Source: a virus (Duplodnaviria > Caudoviricetes). From it: 63,323 bases of DNA. The notes under the pieces are model-generated. The model was not told the DNA's origin and searched no databases. It worked only from the letters and a program-made list of their open reading frames with translations. How positions within the stretch are numbered: position 1 is the first letter of the stretch; each line of letters starts with the position of its first letter. Positions 7,020-16,501 of this stretch are shown here, piece by piece. Location of the stretch: the IMG/VR virus record IMGVR_UViG_3300047457_000456, positions 1 through 63,323 of that record; one strand, written 5' to 3'. Made by a program: the position numbers and the translations under genes.

Positions 7020-7487
7020 ATGCCACTTACATACGACACAACTAACTGCCACCCATTAGTTCGCGAAGAACTTGCTGGCATCACAGAATCAATCATCTTT
7101 ATAACCATGAATACAAGACATGGATGGGAGTTGAACAAAAAGACAATGCCCGTTTTCATTCGCAGGTTCAATCTCTTAAATAAAACATGGAGGTATTTAT
7201 GTATGGCTGACACAACGCATATGCGACGAACACATGACCGTATATGGCTTGACAAGTTTGGACTGCAATGGATTGGCGATGAGTATCCTCACCTTGTTCT
7301 GACTGAAGACTCAGTGCAGACGTATTGGTTCGGACTCAAAACTAATTGTGGTCAAGACACAGATGCAAAATGGAACAAGAACTTCTTGGAGAACCAATAT
7401 CGTGAGTCTTTTGAGCAGAGTCCGTTTTATCTGCGATACAGAACGATTGAACAAGTAAAGGATTTATTCAATGAGCTTTGTATTTAG
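7020..7487 (+). CDS. Hypothetical protein
   Basis: ORF in operon. Confidence 0.75.
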   Translation: MPLTYDTTNCHPLVREELAGITESIIFITMNTRHGWELNKKTMPVFIRRFNLLNKTWRYLCMADTTHMRRTHDRIWLDKFGLQWIGDEYPHLVLTEDSVQTYWFGLKTNCGQDTDAKWNKNFLENQYRESFEQSPFYLRYRTIEQVKDLFNELCI

Positions 7488-7788
7488 GCCTATTGTGTAC
7501 ACATTCTGGAGCACGTTCGGGGATAACACCCCGAACGACTTCATCGCTCGTTATATCGAACCAAGGTATGGCAATGCTGACGGTGTAGCAATACGCCGTA
7601 GACTTGCCCGTGAGATTGGTTGTACTGGACTACGGCGTGGTGTTGAGTACTACGTCACTGATGTCTATCACAGCATGTTCAGTGAACGTCACTGCATGGT
7701 GGGTTTTGCTGAAGTGCTTGCACCTATAACCGTTGAGTCCAAGAAAGAAGCACAAGAAATCTGTGCAAATATGGAGTTAAAGCAATGA
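7471..7788 (+). CDS. Hypothetical protein
   Basis: Overlap-coupled ORF. Confidence 0.7.
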   Translation: MSFVFRPIVYTFWSTFGDNTPNDFIARYIEPRYGNADGVAIRRRLAREIGCTGLRRGVEYYVTDVYHSMFSERHCMVGFAEVLAPITVESKKEAQEICANMELKQ

Positions 7789-8168
7789 GTGAATGGTTCA
7801 GTCTAGAAGACCGCAACTATCAGAACGACCACCGTGTACGCGGTGGTCGTGATCGTTGGTGGATTGCAATTGATGAACGCAAGATGCTAGTGAGGCACAA
7901 GTATGACAGTAAAAACAATAAACAAGTTTGGTACAAGTTTAAATATGAAGCTTGTGATACATGTGATGGCAAAGGTCATCATGTTAATCCTTCTGTTGAC
8001 TGCGACGGTCTAACAGCTGAGGATATGTATTATGGCGGTTACGAAGAAGATTATTTTTCTGGCGTGTACGACGTTGCTTGCTACAAATGCCATGGTGAAC
8101 GAGTCATGCCAGTAAAGTTCGGAAAAGCAATATACAAAAAATCAAATGAGGAGAATCGTTATGAGTGA
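7785..8168 (+). CDS. DnaJ-type zinc-finger-like protein
   Basis: CDTCDGKG ... CYKCHGER (CxxCxGxG-type repeats). Confidence 0.65.
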   Translation: MSEWFSLEDRNYQNDHRVRGGRDRWWIAIDERKMLVRHKYDSKNNKQVWYKFKYEACDTCDGKGHHVNPSVDCDGLTAEDMYYGGYEEDYFSGVYDVACYKCHGERVMPVKFGKAIYKKSNEENRYE

Positions 8169-8559
8169 TGACATATTTTTAAAAGCATGGAATGAATGCA
8201 TTGAAGATAGTGAGGTAGCACAAGAGTGCTACCTTTCTCTTTATCAATGCGAATCTTACTACGGTGGACCAGAGGAAGGAGGATGGTGGGGTTATCTACA
8301 CATACTAAAAGAGTATTGCAAATGTTCATCATATGCACAAGCAGAAATGTTAATGGGAAAATTACAAAATTACTGCAAAGAACTTACAGAAGAAGCAAAG
8401 AAAGCTGATGGAGGAGATTGTCTGCGTCACATGGAACGCGCTGATCGGCGTGGTGAAGACGTTAGTGATGACGGATATGACGGACCATCAACGTATTACA
8501 TGACAATAGAATCGATGCCGGGGCAAAACCAAATCACAGAAAAGAGTCATTATGAATAA
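8161..8559 (+). CDS. Hypothetical acidic phage protein
   Basis: GAGGAG RBS; YYGGPEEGGWW motif. Confidence 0.75.
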   Translation: MSDDIFLKAWNECIEDSEVAQECYLSLYQCESYYGGPEEGGWWGYLHILKEYCKCSSYAQAEMLMGKLQNYCKELTEEAKKADGGDCLRHMERADRRGEDVSDDGYDGPSTYYMTIESMPGQNQITEKSHYE

Positions 8560-8932
8560 AAGATACAAAGAAGAGTATTACCATGCAGCTGCTGAGTTTA
8601 TTATGCAGACTGCAGCAACCATCTGGGAATTACAGTGGCACAACAGCGAGTGGAAAGACTGTCCTGTCAATGCACACCGCACATACAGTATCGATGTACT
8701 CGACGAGGTAGATCCACATTACACGTGGACATTTCGCATTGAATGTGGTTTTGCACTGGACTGCGTGGGCAAAAAGTGTGAGGGCGAATGCGATGACCTT
8801 AGCACCGTCGGTGTAAACATTGGCTGGGATGGAATTAGCGAAGAGGAGGCGCATTACATATGTGACATTATAGACAAAGACGATAACAAATACAGTAAAT
8901 ATTGGTTTTGGAATGACGGAGTAACTAAATGA
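8552..8932 (+). CDS. Hypothetical acidic protein
   Basis: Overlap-coupled ORF. Confidence 0.7.
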   Translation: MNKRYKEEYYHAAAEFIMQTAATIWELQWHNSEWKDCPVNAHRTYSIDVLDEVDPHYTWTFRIECGFALDCVGKKCEGECDDLSTVGVNIGWDGISEEEAHYICDIIDKDDNKYSKYWFWNDGVTK

Positions 8933-9183
8933 GTACATACAATGGCTGGACTAATCACGCAACATGGTTGTTTTATCTACATCATCAGGAGGATGTAGAG
9001 AACTGGTATCGGGAACAGGACGAAGGCATTAAGCTGTATCCCGGTGAGTTGCAAGCATACTTTGAGGAGATCTACTTAGAATTAATTAATGGTGTCAACA
9101 ATATTTACATTACTGACATCGTAAATCACGAGCTACGTGATGTCGATTGGGCAGAGATACTTAAGACAGTAACAGAGGAGTAA
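8929..9183 (+). CDS. Small acidic phage protein (YNGWTNxxTW family)
   Basis: MSTYNGWTNHATW N-terminus. Confidence 0.75.
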   Translation: MSTYNGWTNHATWLFYLHHQEDVENWYREQDEGIKLYPGELQAYFEEIYLELINGVNNIYITDIVNHELRDVDWAEILKTVTEE

Positions 9184-9185
9184 CA

Positions 9186-10079
9186 ATGACAGCAAGAGAA
9201 TACCTAAACAAGTTTGGGCTGGATGCAAATCCAGCCCTTTTTACTAACGTAACCAATGGCAAAGACATGAAGCCCAAGTACAACTCGTACTGCTTTTATG
9301 ACGGGGCATCGCAGCTTGATAGGCGACATCCTATCATCGCTGTAATGTCCAATTGCCAATACAACCCAGAGGATTACAACATCAAGACTGGTGATATGCT
9401 GCAGACCTACATCATCATGCGTAACATTCACCCTCAGCATGCCATTGACTTTATGATTGATGACTGCATTTGTGGTCAATGCATACATCGAAAGAGTTGG
9501 AAGGTACACATTGTCAATGGCAAGCGTAAGCTTGTACGTACTTGTTATGTCAACATTGGCAAGGGTGTCACTGCAATTTGGGAATCATTCCAGAAAGGTA
9601 AGATACCAATTGTGTCTAGTACTGTTGCTGCAACAATACAAGTTGTTGCTGGCAAGCAGACTCGTATGGGTTCATATGGTGATCCTGTAGCCGTGCCATT
9701 CCCAATATGGGGTGACCTATTACGTTACAGTCTAGGTCATCGTGGTTATACACATCAATGGCGTAGCAAACTAGCTCAACCATTCAAGGGCATACTCCAA
9801 GCATCATGTGATAGTTACACTGATCAAGAAGATGCAGAGCGAGCTGGATGGGGTACGTTCACTGTGCTGCCTCAACATGACTACGTCAATCGTAGGCATG
9901 TAGCGTACAGCAAGGGCATGAAGCAATGCCCTAGTGATCCATTCATCAATGAGATGCGAGCGTATCGCAATATGCTACCGATGCATACAACCTGTGTTGG
10001 TTGTCCTGCATCTCTTCAATGTGATGGCGACAGTCATGTTGTCATCCGTGCCCATGGCAGTGCAGCTGCTTGGGTTTAA
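9186..10079 (+). CDS. Cys-rich putative Fe-S protein (Gp88/DUF7227-like)
   Basis: NxKTG, CGxC, CYV, RxGxYGDP, GYTHQW, CP, CxxC..C, AHG motifs. Confidence 0.65.
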   Translation: MTAREYLNKFGLDANPALFTNVTNGKDMKPKYNSYCFYDGASQLDRRHPIIAVMSNCQYNPEDYNIKTGDMLQTYIIMRNIHPQHAIDFMIDDCICGQCIHRKSWKVHIVNGKRKLVRTCYVNIGKGVTAIWESFQKGKIPIVSSTVAATIQVVAGKQTRMGSYGDPVAVPFPIWGDLLRYSLGHRGYTHQWRSKLAQPFKGILQASCDSYTDQEDAERAGWGTFTVLPQHDYVNRRHVAYSKGMKQCPSDPFINEMRAYRNMLPMHTTCVGCPASLQCDGDSHVVIRAHGSAAAWV

Positions 10080-10112
10080 TTAAACAAACAAATAAACACG
10101 AGGTAACACAAT

Positions 10113-10535
10113 ATGTTTTATTCAGTATGCGAAGAAGAAGAATGGTCAACTGACCATTACGATTATGCACGTGACCAGCACTACACAGAAGACGGGGAGT
10201 TCCTCTCCCCGTGCGTTGGTGTAGAGTTGATGTCGCGTGTAGGCAAGATGATATTTACAGATGTCAGCGTTGTCTACGAAGACAGGCGTGTCATTGAGTT
10301 CATTGATGAGGCTGTCAAACAGATGAAGATTGACAGACCAACAAGCGATGAGATCGAGAAGTTCTGTGCTCTCGTTTCGTCTACATACCATGAGTCAGAC
10401 ATTGACGAGTTCAATAACGCAATGTTTGAGTTTATATATGACTGCACATACAGCGAGTGGACAGACATGTACAGTGGGCAAGACTTGTACGATGATTGCT
10501 CACTACTACAACCATATGGATGGGGAGAAGACTGA
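10113..10535 (+). CDS. Highly acidic protein
   Basis: GAGGT RBS; D/E-rich. Confidence 0.75.
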   Translation: MFYSVCEEEEWSTDHYDYARDQHYTEDGEFLSPCVGVELMSRVGKMIFTDVSVVYEDRRVIEFIDEAVKQMKIDRPTSDEIEKFCALVSSTYHESDIDEFNNAMFEFIYDCTYSEWTDMYSGQDLYDDCSLLQPYGWGED

Positions 10536-10852
10536 TGACAGAAGAAAATTGGGATGATCATAATATAGCATTTGAAATCGCGCTACGTAAACTCCGGGAG
10601 GACTTCCCGGAGTTTTATGTTGAAGCATGGGGTCCGTGGGATTACTGTGTTGGTTTCAACAACGATGAGTTTCATAGTCATGACGAATTAGAAGCTCAGA
10701 TAATGGACGACATAGATATGTGGCCAAATGTAGTTGAGATACTACACGACACATTCGACGCTAATTACGGAACCAATTGGGACAGGCTGCGTAGTGCAGT
10801 AATCGAAGCAAGACGTACAGTACAGGAGTTAAAAAACAATGCAAGCAAGTGA
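10535..10852 (+). CDS. Acidic hypothetical protein
   Basis: TGATG coupling; start revised to 10535. Confidence 0.75.
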   Translation: MTEENWDDHNIAFEIALRKLREDFPEFYVEAWGPWDYCVGFNNDEFHSHDELEAQIMDDIDMWPNVVEILHDTFDANYGTNWDRLRSAVIEARRTVQELKNNASK

Positions 10853-11168
10853 CACACACATTAAGTGGATAGTAGGCGATATTAATCGAGAGTTTTGGTA
10901 TGACCAGATTTATGAAGGCGCACGTCATTGCGAATGGATTAATAGTTGGACTATCAATTGGCTTGGCAACGCAAAAGATTATTTCCATGTTGACATTCAA
11001 GATGATGAAGGCAAAATGCACTGCGTTTCGTCAGTAGATGTATTGTTGTGGTTGCGAAAAGCATGGATGCTTGGAGATCGCTCGTTTGAGGAGGAGCAAG
11101 ATGTAGATCAAGACGTTATTGACACAATGCTACAAGAGATATGTTTCGGTGAATTAGTTTACGGATAA
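10839..11168 (+). CDS. Hypothetical acidic phage protein
   Basis: AGGAG RBS; C-terminal Q.ICFGELVYG motif. Confidence 0.75.
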   Translation: MQASDTHIKWIVGDINREFWYDQIYEGARHCEWINSWTINWLGNAKDYFHVDIQDDEGKMHCVSSVDVLLWLRKAWMLGDRSFEEEQDVDQDVIDTMLQEICFGELVYG

Positions 11169-11179
11169 GGAATAACACA

Positions 11180-11677
11180 ATGCCTAATTGGTGTATGAAT
11201 GAACTGACAATCACTGGCCCCGCAGACAAAGTGTCTGCTTGGGCTGAGTTACACACAACTAAATATGAGACAAGCACATCAGTACTGGACTTCAACAAGT
11301 CTGTGCCTGAGCCACTAGATGAGAATGGTAATGGCAATGTTGATTGGCAGTATAACAACTGGGGCACTAAGTGGGGAGCTTGCGACACATGCTACTTAGA
11401 CTTCAAAGAAGGTCACATTGTTATTGGTTTTGATACAGCATGGGGTCCAGCTGACACATGGCTACACACTATGTCAGATATGTTTCCCGACCTTGAGTTT
11501 CATTGTCGGTATGCAGAACCCGGCATGATGTTTGCTGGTGATATCTATGCAGGGTCAAGAGGATACAGTCACGAGCAACGCTCCGGTGATGACCTTGAAG
11601 ATGATGACCTACATCTTATGGGAGCAGAGACCTGCAATGAGTGCCAGAATTGGGAACACAAGTGTACCTGTGAGTAG
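11180..11677 (+). CDS. YubB/DUF1281-like ferredoxin-fold protein
   Basis: MPNWCxN...WxxxNWGTKW...FDTAWxP...YxEPG signature. Confidence 0.8.
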   Translation: MPNWCMNELTITGPADKVSAWAELHTTKYETSTSVLDFNKSVPEPLDENGNGNVDWQYNNWGTKWGACDTCYLDFKEGHIVIGFDTAWGPADTWLHTMSDMFPDLEFHCRYAEPGMMFAGDIYAGSRGYSHEQRSGDDLEDDDLHLMGAETCNECQNWEHKCTCE

Positions 11678-11694
11678 ATTACCTACGGTATAAT
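11678..11694 (+). promoter_or_regulatory. Phage promoter/operator motif
   Basis: ATTACCTACGGTATAAT; identical copies at 59361 and 61513 on - strand. Confidence 0.75.
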
Positions 11695-11714
11695 CAATAG
11701 GGGAACTTACCATA

Positions 11715-11757
11715 TTTGTGGAGCGTGAACTGCATTTCAGGCTCCACAAACTTTTTT
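11715..11757 (+). terminator. Intrinsic terminator/attenuator-like hairpin
   Basis: TTTGTGGAGC...GCTCCACAAA followed by CTTTTTT. Confidence 0.6.
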
Positions 11758-11770
11758 ACTAAGGAGATAC

Positions 11771-12178
11771 ATGTTAGAAACTTTATCAAAGCTTGTTGAT
11801 GCAATGTCAGAGACAAGCGAATACCGCAATGGATGGAAGCAGATCGAGACTACTATTGGTGTTAATGGCATCGTCACGCTGAACTGGCCAAAGCTTAAGC
11901 TTAAAATCATCTCATTCAAAATGCCAGACAACTGGAATGGATCTATAGAAGATGCTGAGGCTATCATTACAATCGACACGTTGTACTACACAGATGACAC
12001 TGAGTCAGAGATTGTGTGGAGAACTAATAGTAATCATGTTCAGCATGAGTGGGACAAACTAGTAAGAGCGCGTGTTTCAGATATTGTTGATAGATTTTTT
12101 GATGGTTCATGGACACCACCATGGAAATGCGGGTTCTGTTCGAGCCGTCATGCTGGCAAGCTCAAGCCTAAGTTCTGA
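11771..12178 (+). CDS. Hypothetical protein with C-terminal CxxC..H
   Basis: TAAGGAG RBS. Confidence 0.8.
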   Translation: MLETLSKLVDAMSETSEYRNGWKQIETTIGVNGIVTLNWPKLKLKIISFKMPDNWNGSIEDAEAIITIDTLYYTDDTESEIVWRTNSNHVQHEWDKLVRARVSDIVDRFFDGSWTPPWKCGFCSSRHAGKLKPKF

Positions 12179-12759
12179 TGTCTCGATCAACAGCTAAAGC
12201 AAACAGGCCTGTACTTTATGAGTTAGAGTATGGGCCAAACTCTTTGTATATTCGCAGCAGTGAAACAGCAATCGCTATATACAAAGAATGGGTGGCTCAA
12301 GCAATTACTCGTAAAGCTACATGCAAACTTACTTTGTATGCCTTACTTAGCCCAACGACTGCCAAAATGTACAGCACTACACAACTAAGCCTGTTGTTAA
12401 ATGGTGGATGGGAGTCTGCTAAGATGCAACATTACACAATACAAGATGGCAATGTTGTAGATTTCTACATTGGCAAGAGAGCATATAGGTATGAGTATGG
12501 TCATTACAAATACAGAAAAACAAGGAGGATGAATAAAGATTTTGCAGAGGTATTTAGTTTGTTTTGCTCAGACAAAAGTCTGGTTGAATCTTGTATAAGA
12601 TCTCCTAACTACGGCATCTTTTATGGTGCGCTTACATTGGAGAATCAAACAGATGAAATGCAAAGAATCAAAAAATACTCAAGACAACTCTACAATTTGT
12701 GCAATAGGACTGGGAAGTATATTGAATCCAAAACCCCTATACCAATGCGGGTGCGATAA
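12178..12759 (+). CDS. Hypothetical protein
   Basis: TGATG coupling. Confidence 0.7.
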   Translation: MSRSTAKANRPVLYELEYGPNSLYIRSSETAIAIYKEWVAQAITRKATCKLTLYALLSPTTAKMYSTTQLSLLLNGGWESAKMQHYTIQDGNVVDFYIGKRAYRYEYGHYKYRKTRRMNKDFAEVFSLFCSDKSLVESCIRSPNYGIFYGALTLENQTDEMQRIKKYSRQLYNLCNRTGKYIESKTPIPMRVR

Positions 12760-12843
12760 CTGTAAATGTTCCTATCAACTGTACAAAACATTAGGTGCGT
12801 TTGTGCGTTTAGGCATTAAGCTTCTTGGGTACATCATTATTAT

Positions 12844-13248
12844 ATGGCTGTACAAATAACAGAAAAAGACCTACAGAAACAAGTGCTTTCCGTGCTTATC
12901 AATCTTGGATATCACGTCTTTGAAACTGGTAAAGCTCGGTCACTACAGAAATGTAAATCATGTGGGTCAAAGCAATACGCAACAGGATGGCAGGGAAATA
13001 CTCCCGGCCTTCCTGATTTGTACATTCATAGTAAACAATGGCATCGCGGTACAGCAGTAGCCATTGAACTTAAAACTGAGAAAGGAGCGGTTAGAGATAC
13101 ACAGAAGACATTAAATGATTTAGGATACACGTTCATATGCAGGTCAGTTGGATGCGTATTGAGGTCAATACTCTCCATTGAAATGCAGATGAACAATGAC
13201 GCAAAGGTTGATCAATTAAAAAAGGTAATAGATATAAATGGATTTTGA
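12844..13248 (+). CDS. VRR-NUC (PD-(D/E)xK) nuclease with inserted CxxC
   Basis: EKDLQ...GLPDL...IELKTEKG...Q motif. Confidence 0.85.
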   Translation: MAVQITEKDLQKQVLSVLINLGYHVFETGKARSLQKCKSCGSKQYATGWQGNTPGLPDLYIHSKQWHRGTAVAIELKTEKGAVRDTQKTLNDLGYTFICRSVGCVLRSILSIEMQMNNDAKVDQLKKVIDINGF

Positions 13249-13903
13249 CGTATGTCGTTTAGACAACACTGACTACATCTTCAAGCAGAACCACTGTGAC
13301 TTGCTTTACGTTGGTGTTATTGAGGTTAATGAGTCAGACCAGTATGCAATACTTACAAATTCATATTGGAAATACTTGTTTGTTGGCGACAATGAGCAAT
13401 CAATACTAGATGACATGAACAAGTATGGTGTTCCTATTGTTCCTCAGAAATACCAACAGATTCCTCTTGTCCAAGTTATGCGGACATGGCGATCTGTTGT
13501 ATATCGTGGACATAGGTTACTTGTACTTGGATGTAATGATGACATGGCTAGTTCATTTCTGGCTTATCCATCTGGACCAATCTATCCGTCGGTTCATCAA
13601 GGTGTTTTGTATGTTCGCATGCAACCCGGAGATGACGCATCTATCTACATACATAATGGGCATCCATTAGTAGCTGGATCGTATGATGATTTGATTGCTC
13701 AGACAATTCAAATTAGCCACGACATTGCGCTTGGTATTTACAATGGCACACACGAGGTTGTTGCCGTTGATCTTTATCGATTCTGGAAACGTCACAAGAC
13801 GGCTATCTATTTCGATAATGTATTAGACTTAGTGCTCAGCATAAAGAACAGTGCTGCGTACCGAGAGATTCAAAACAAGAAAGAGAAAGAGAAAGATGTT
13901 TAA
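13238..13903 (+). CDS. Hypothetical protein
   Basis: 221-aa overlap-coupled ORF. Confidence 0.7.
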   Translation: MDFDVCRLDNTDYIFKQNHCDLLYVGVIEVNESDQYAILTNSYWKYLFVGDNEQSILDDMNKYGVPIVPQKYQQIPLVQVMRTWRSVVYRGHRLLVLGCNDDMASSFLAYPSGPIYPSVHQGVLYVRMQPGDDASIYIHNGHPLVAGSYDDLIAQTIQISHDIALGIYNGTHEVVAVDLYRFWKRHKTAIYFDNVLDLVLSIKNSAAYREIQNKKEKEKDV

Positions 13904-14501
13904 TCCTAGAGACCATTTCCTAAACCTTAAAGGCAAACAGTACTTGCCTGTCGCTCCACGTATTGCATGGTTCCGAGAGGACCATGCAGACTGGACAATC
14001 AATACATATCCAGTCCCAGAACTATCTGGTTCTGATTATGTTACGTTTGCGGCAGAGATACTTGATGGTGAGGGGAGACTAATTGCCAAAGCACACAAAA
14101 CAGAACACGAAAAACATTTCCCTGACTTCCGCGAGAAGGCAGAGACAGGTGCTATTGGACGTGCTCTTGCACTATGCGGATACGGTACGCTGTTTGCTCA
14201 GGAACTAGAAGAACCAGTTACACCAGCTGGTGACATACGTATCGTTGATGCACCACAACAAGCTAAAGCATCTACACTTACTGCTGGCAAACAGTTTGCC
14301 TTTGAGTGTAAGCGGATATGGGGAAAGGACATTACACCAGCAGACATGAAGCGTGTGTTTGAACGACTTGCTGGACATACCAATACTACAGAAGAAAACT
14401 TAAAGTTAGTTATTGAAGTACTACAAGGATTCAATAAACCAGAAGAAGCAGAAGCTGTATTCTTAGCAATAGAGGAAGAGGGACTTAATGGACACGACTA
14501 A
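13896..14501 (+). CDS. Rad52/Sak-like single-strand annealing protein
   Basis: YLPVAPRIAWFR...EKAETGAIGRALALCG; start revised to ATG 13896. Confidence 0.7.
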   Translation: MFNPRDHFLNLKGKQYLPVAPRIAWFREDHADWTINTYPVPELSGSDYVTFAAEILDGEGRLIAKAHKTEHEKHFPDFREKAETGAIGRALALCGYGTLFAQELEEPVTPAGDIRIVDAPQQAKASTLTAGKQFAFECKRIWGKDITPADMKRVFERLAGHTNTTEENLKLVIEVLQGFNKPEEAEAVFLAIEEEGLNGHD

Positions 14502-15051
14502 GTTTGATATTATCGGCGATAGTTATTGGGACAAGGAGACCGGCGAGTATGCCGGTCCCATTGATGGCTGGCTTGGGGATGAACTTAAAACAGAAGATGA
14601 CGTTCTTTTAGCAATGCAGCGTTTGCTAAAATACGAGACCGAACTTAAGGCTGAGCAACTTGCTATGCAGTCTGTAGTTGATCGATGCAAGCAGATGGTC
14701 AAGGATAAAGAGCGTAAAGTTCAATGGCTACAAGCTCGATATGGTGCGCAGATTGCTGACTTTGCTAAGAAGCAACTCGTTGGTAAAGCTAAGACATGGA
14801 AATGTCCTTGGGGTCAAGTTGCTTTCCGTAACTCGCAACCAACATTTACAATACACGATGAAGAAAAAGCAGCACTTGTTATTCCAATAGACACTGGTGC
14901 TGTACAAGTGGCATACAAGTTATACAAAAGCAAGATACCGAAAGAGGTCCAGCTTACTCTTGTTGAGCAGTACCCGGACATATTCTCTGTAACAGAAGCT
15001 ACAGAGAATGTATCTATTAAGGCATTGACAGCAAGCGATACCGAGGAGTAA
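14488..15051 (+). CDS. Mu Gam-like host-nuclease inhibitor / DNA end-binding protein
   Basis: Long coiled coil then KTWKCPWGQVAFR motif; next to the annealase. Confidence 0.7.
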   Translation: MDTTKFDIIGDSYWDKETGEYAGPIDGWLGDELKTEDDVLLAMQRLLKYETELKAEQLAMQSVVDRCKQMVKDKERKVQWLQARYGAQIADFAKKQLVGKAKTWKCPWGQVAFRNSQPTFTIHDEEKAALVIPIDTGAVQVAYKLYKSKIPKEVQLTLVEQYPDIFSVTEATENVSIKALTASDTEE

Positions 15052-15157
15052 GATTGCAGTGCCCCTGAAACTATATCAACACAGGGGAAAACAACTACCA
15101 AATGGGAGGTCACGGAAATCAACGCCGTGGCCTCTTTGTTCCCAATAAGGATTGAGA

Positions 15158-15769
15158 ATGAGCGATCAATTAGTTTACATAAACAACATCTCCAACTCAG
15201 TAAACATCTCAGAAGTTGGAATGTTGTTTAGTTCAGACCTTGAATATGATGAGTGGTATCGGTTGATGCAAACTCTTGGTCGATTAGAGACTGCATTTCA
15301 GTTTGCAATAGGTGATGCTTTGAACTATGGAATGGCAAAGTATGGAGAGAAATACTCAAATGCTATTGATGCAACAGGATTTGCTTATCAATCTCTAGCT
15401 AACTGGACGTGGGTTAGTAAGAGCGTTCCAATTGAGAATCGCGTATCTGGATTGTCATGGTCGCATCATCGAGCAGTGGCGACTTGTCATCAATCAGAAC
15501 AACAATCACTACTGTTGTCTGCACAAGCACGAGGTATCAGTGCATCAGATTTGTTGGCTGAGATACAGGGTGAGACTGAAGAAAAGAAACCAGCTAAATC
15601 AATTACAGTCCCACCCGGCTGGACTGTTGATGATGTAAACAAGGCGCTGGAAATTATAAGTAGTTCAGCAATACCTGTCCAAGACGTGTATGACGCTGGA
15701 TTATCTACATTGATGAAGGAGGATGTTGAAAGAATAAGATATTGCGATCAATGCCCATACAACAACTAG
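15158..15769 (+). CDS. LmbU-like HTH regulator
   Basis: FAIGDALNYG..KYGEKY..A...TG..YQSL.N..WV...LSWSHH pattern. Confidence 0.65.
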   Translation: MSDQLVYINNISNSVNISEVGMLFSSDLEYDEWYRLMQTLGRLETAFQFAIGDALNYGMAKYGEKYSNAIDATGFAYQSLANWTWVSKSVPIENRVSGLSWSHHRAVATCHQSEQQSLLLSAQARGISASDLLAEIQGETEEKKPAKSITVPPGWTVDDVNKALEIISSSAIPVQDVYDAGLSTLMKEDVERIRYCDQCPYNN

Positions 15770-15778
15770 GAGAGAGAG

Positions 15779-16501
15779 ATGATTTCAATATTCAATGGTG
15801 TGCAACACACACTTGGTGGGGCACGTGACACTACATACATTCAAGTGCAGAGAGTCTTGCGCGATTACATGCACAACTTTACGCCGAGCGGATTTGTTGT
15901 GTTCATGGCTATCTGTTTGTTCATAGACAAAGACAACTACTGTTGGCCAAGCATAGGCAAACTTACAGAATGCACTGGCTTATCAGAGTCAACTGTTAGG
16001 TCTTCAATCAAACATCTGTGCTCGATGAGGATTGACGGACATGTAATCCTTGAGGTTACAAGCCGTACTTCTCCCAACGGGAGAACAAGTTCAAACGGAT
16101 ACCGGATATTCCCCGGTGTTGCAAATGAGCCGAAACCACATGATGTAAAGGTTACGTTGATTAAGCAAGAACGAAAGGAAACAGCAAAGGAAGATGACCC
16201 AGCATTCATCTTGTACAAGCAGTTCAAGATAGCTAGATATAAATTGCCAACACTTGAGTTGTTAAATATTACAGATAAAGAATGGAAAGATGTGCGACTT
16301 ATTGTGTGGCAAATGCACAAAGCCGGAGTAACAAGTGATGATGTATATGTTCGCACTAAAGAGTTGTTAGGTAAGTGGAAGCCAGAAATGGTAACGGTAC
16401 GGTCACTATGGAAACACTGGGATACGCATGCTAAACCAGTGGTTATTTCCGACAACATAAAGAAGAAAGTAGAGGCGTGGTTCGATGACGACGACAGATA
16501 A
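15779..16501 (+). CDS. Replication initiator with N-terminal winged HTH
   Basis: CWPSIGKL..CTGLSESTVRSSIKHL...SNGY; lies upstream of loader and DnaB. Confidence 0.75.
   Translation: MISIFNGVQHTLGGARDTTYIQVQRVLRDYMHNFTPSGFVVFMAICLFIDKDNYCWPSIGKLTECTGLSESTVRSSIKHLCSMRIDGHVILEVTSRTSPNGRTSSNGYRIFPGVANEPKPHDVKVTLIKQERKETAKEDDPAFILYKQFKIARYKLPTLELLNITDKEWKDVRLIVWQMHKAGVTSDDVYVRTKELLGKWKPEMVTVRSLWKHWDTHAKPVVISDNIKKKVEAWFDDDDR

Noticed and set aside
15779-16501. Iteron origin inside the initiator gene
   Set aside because: No clear direct repeats found by eye
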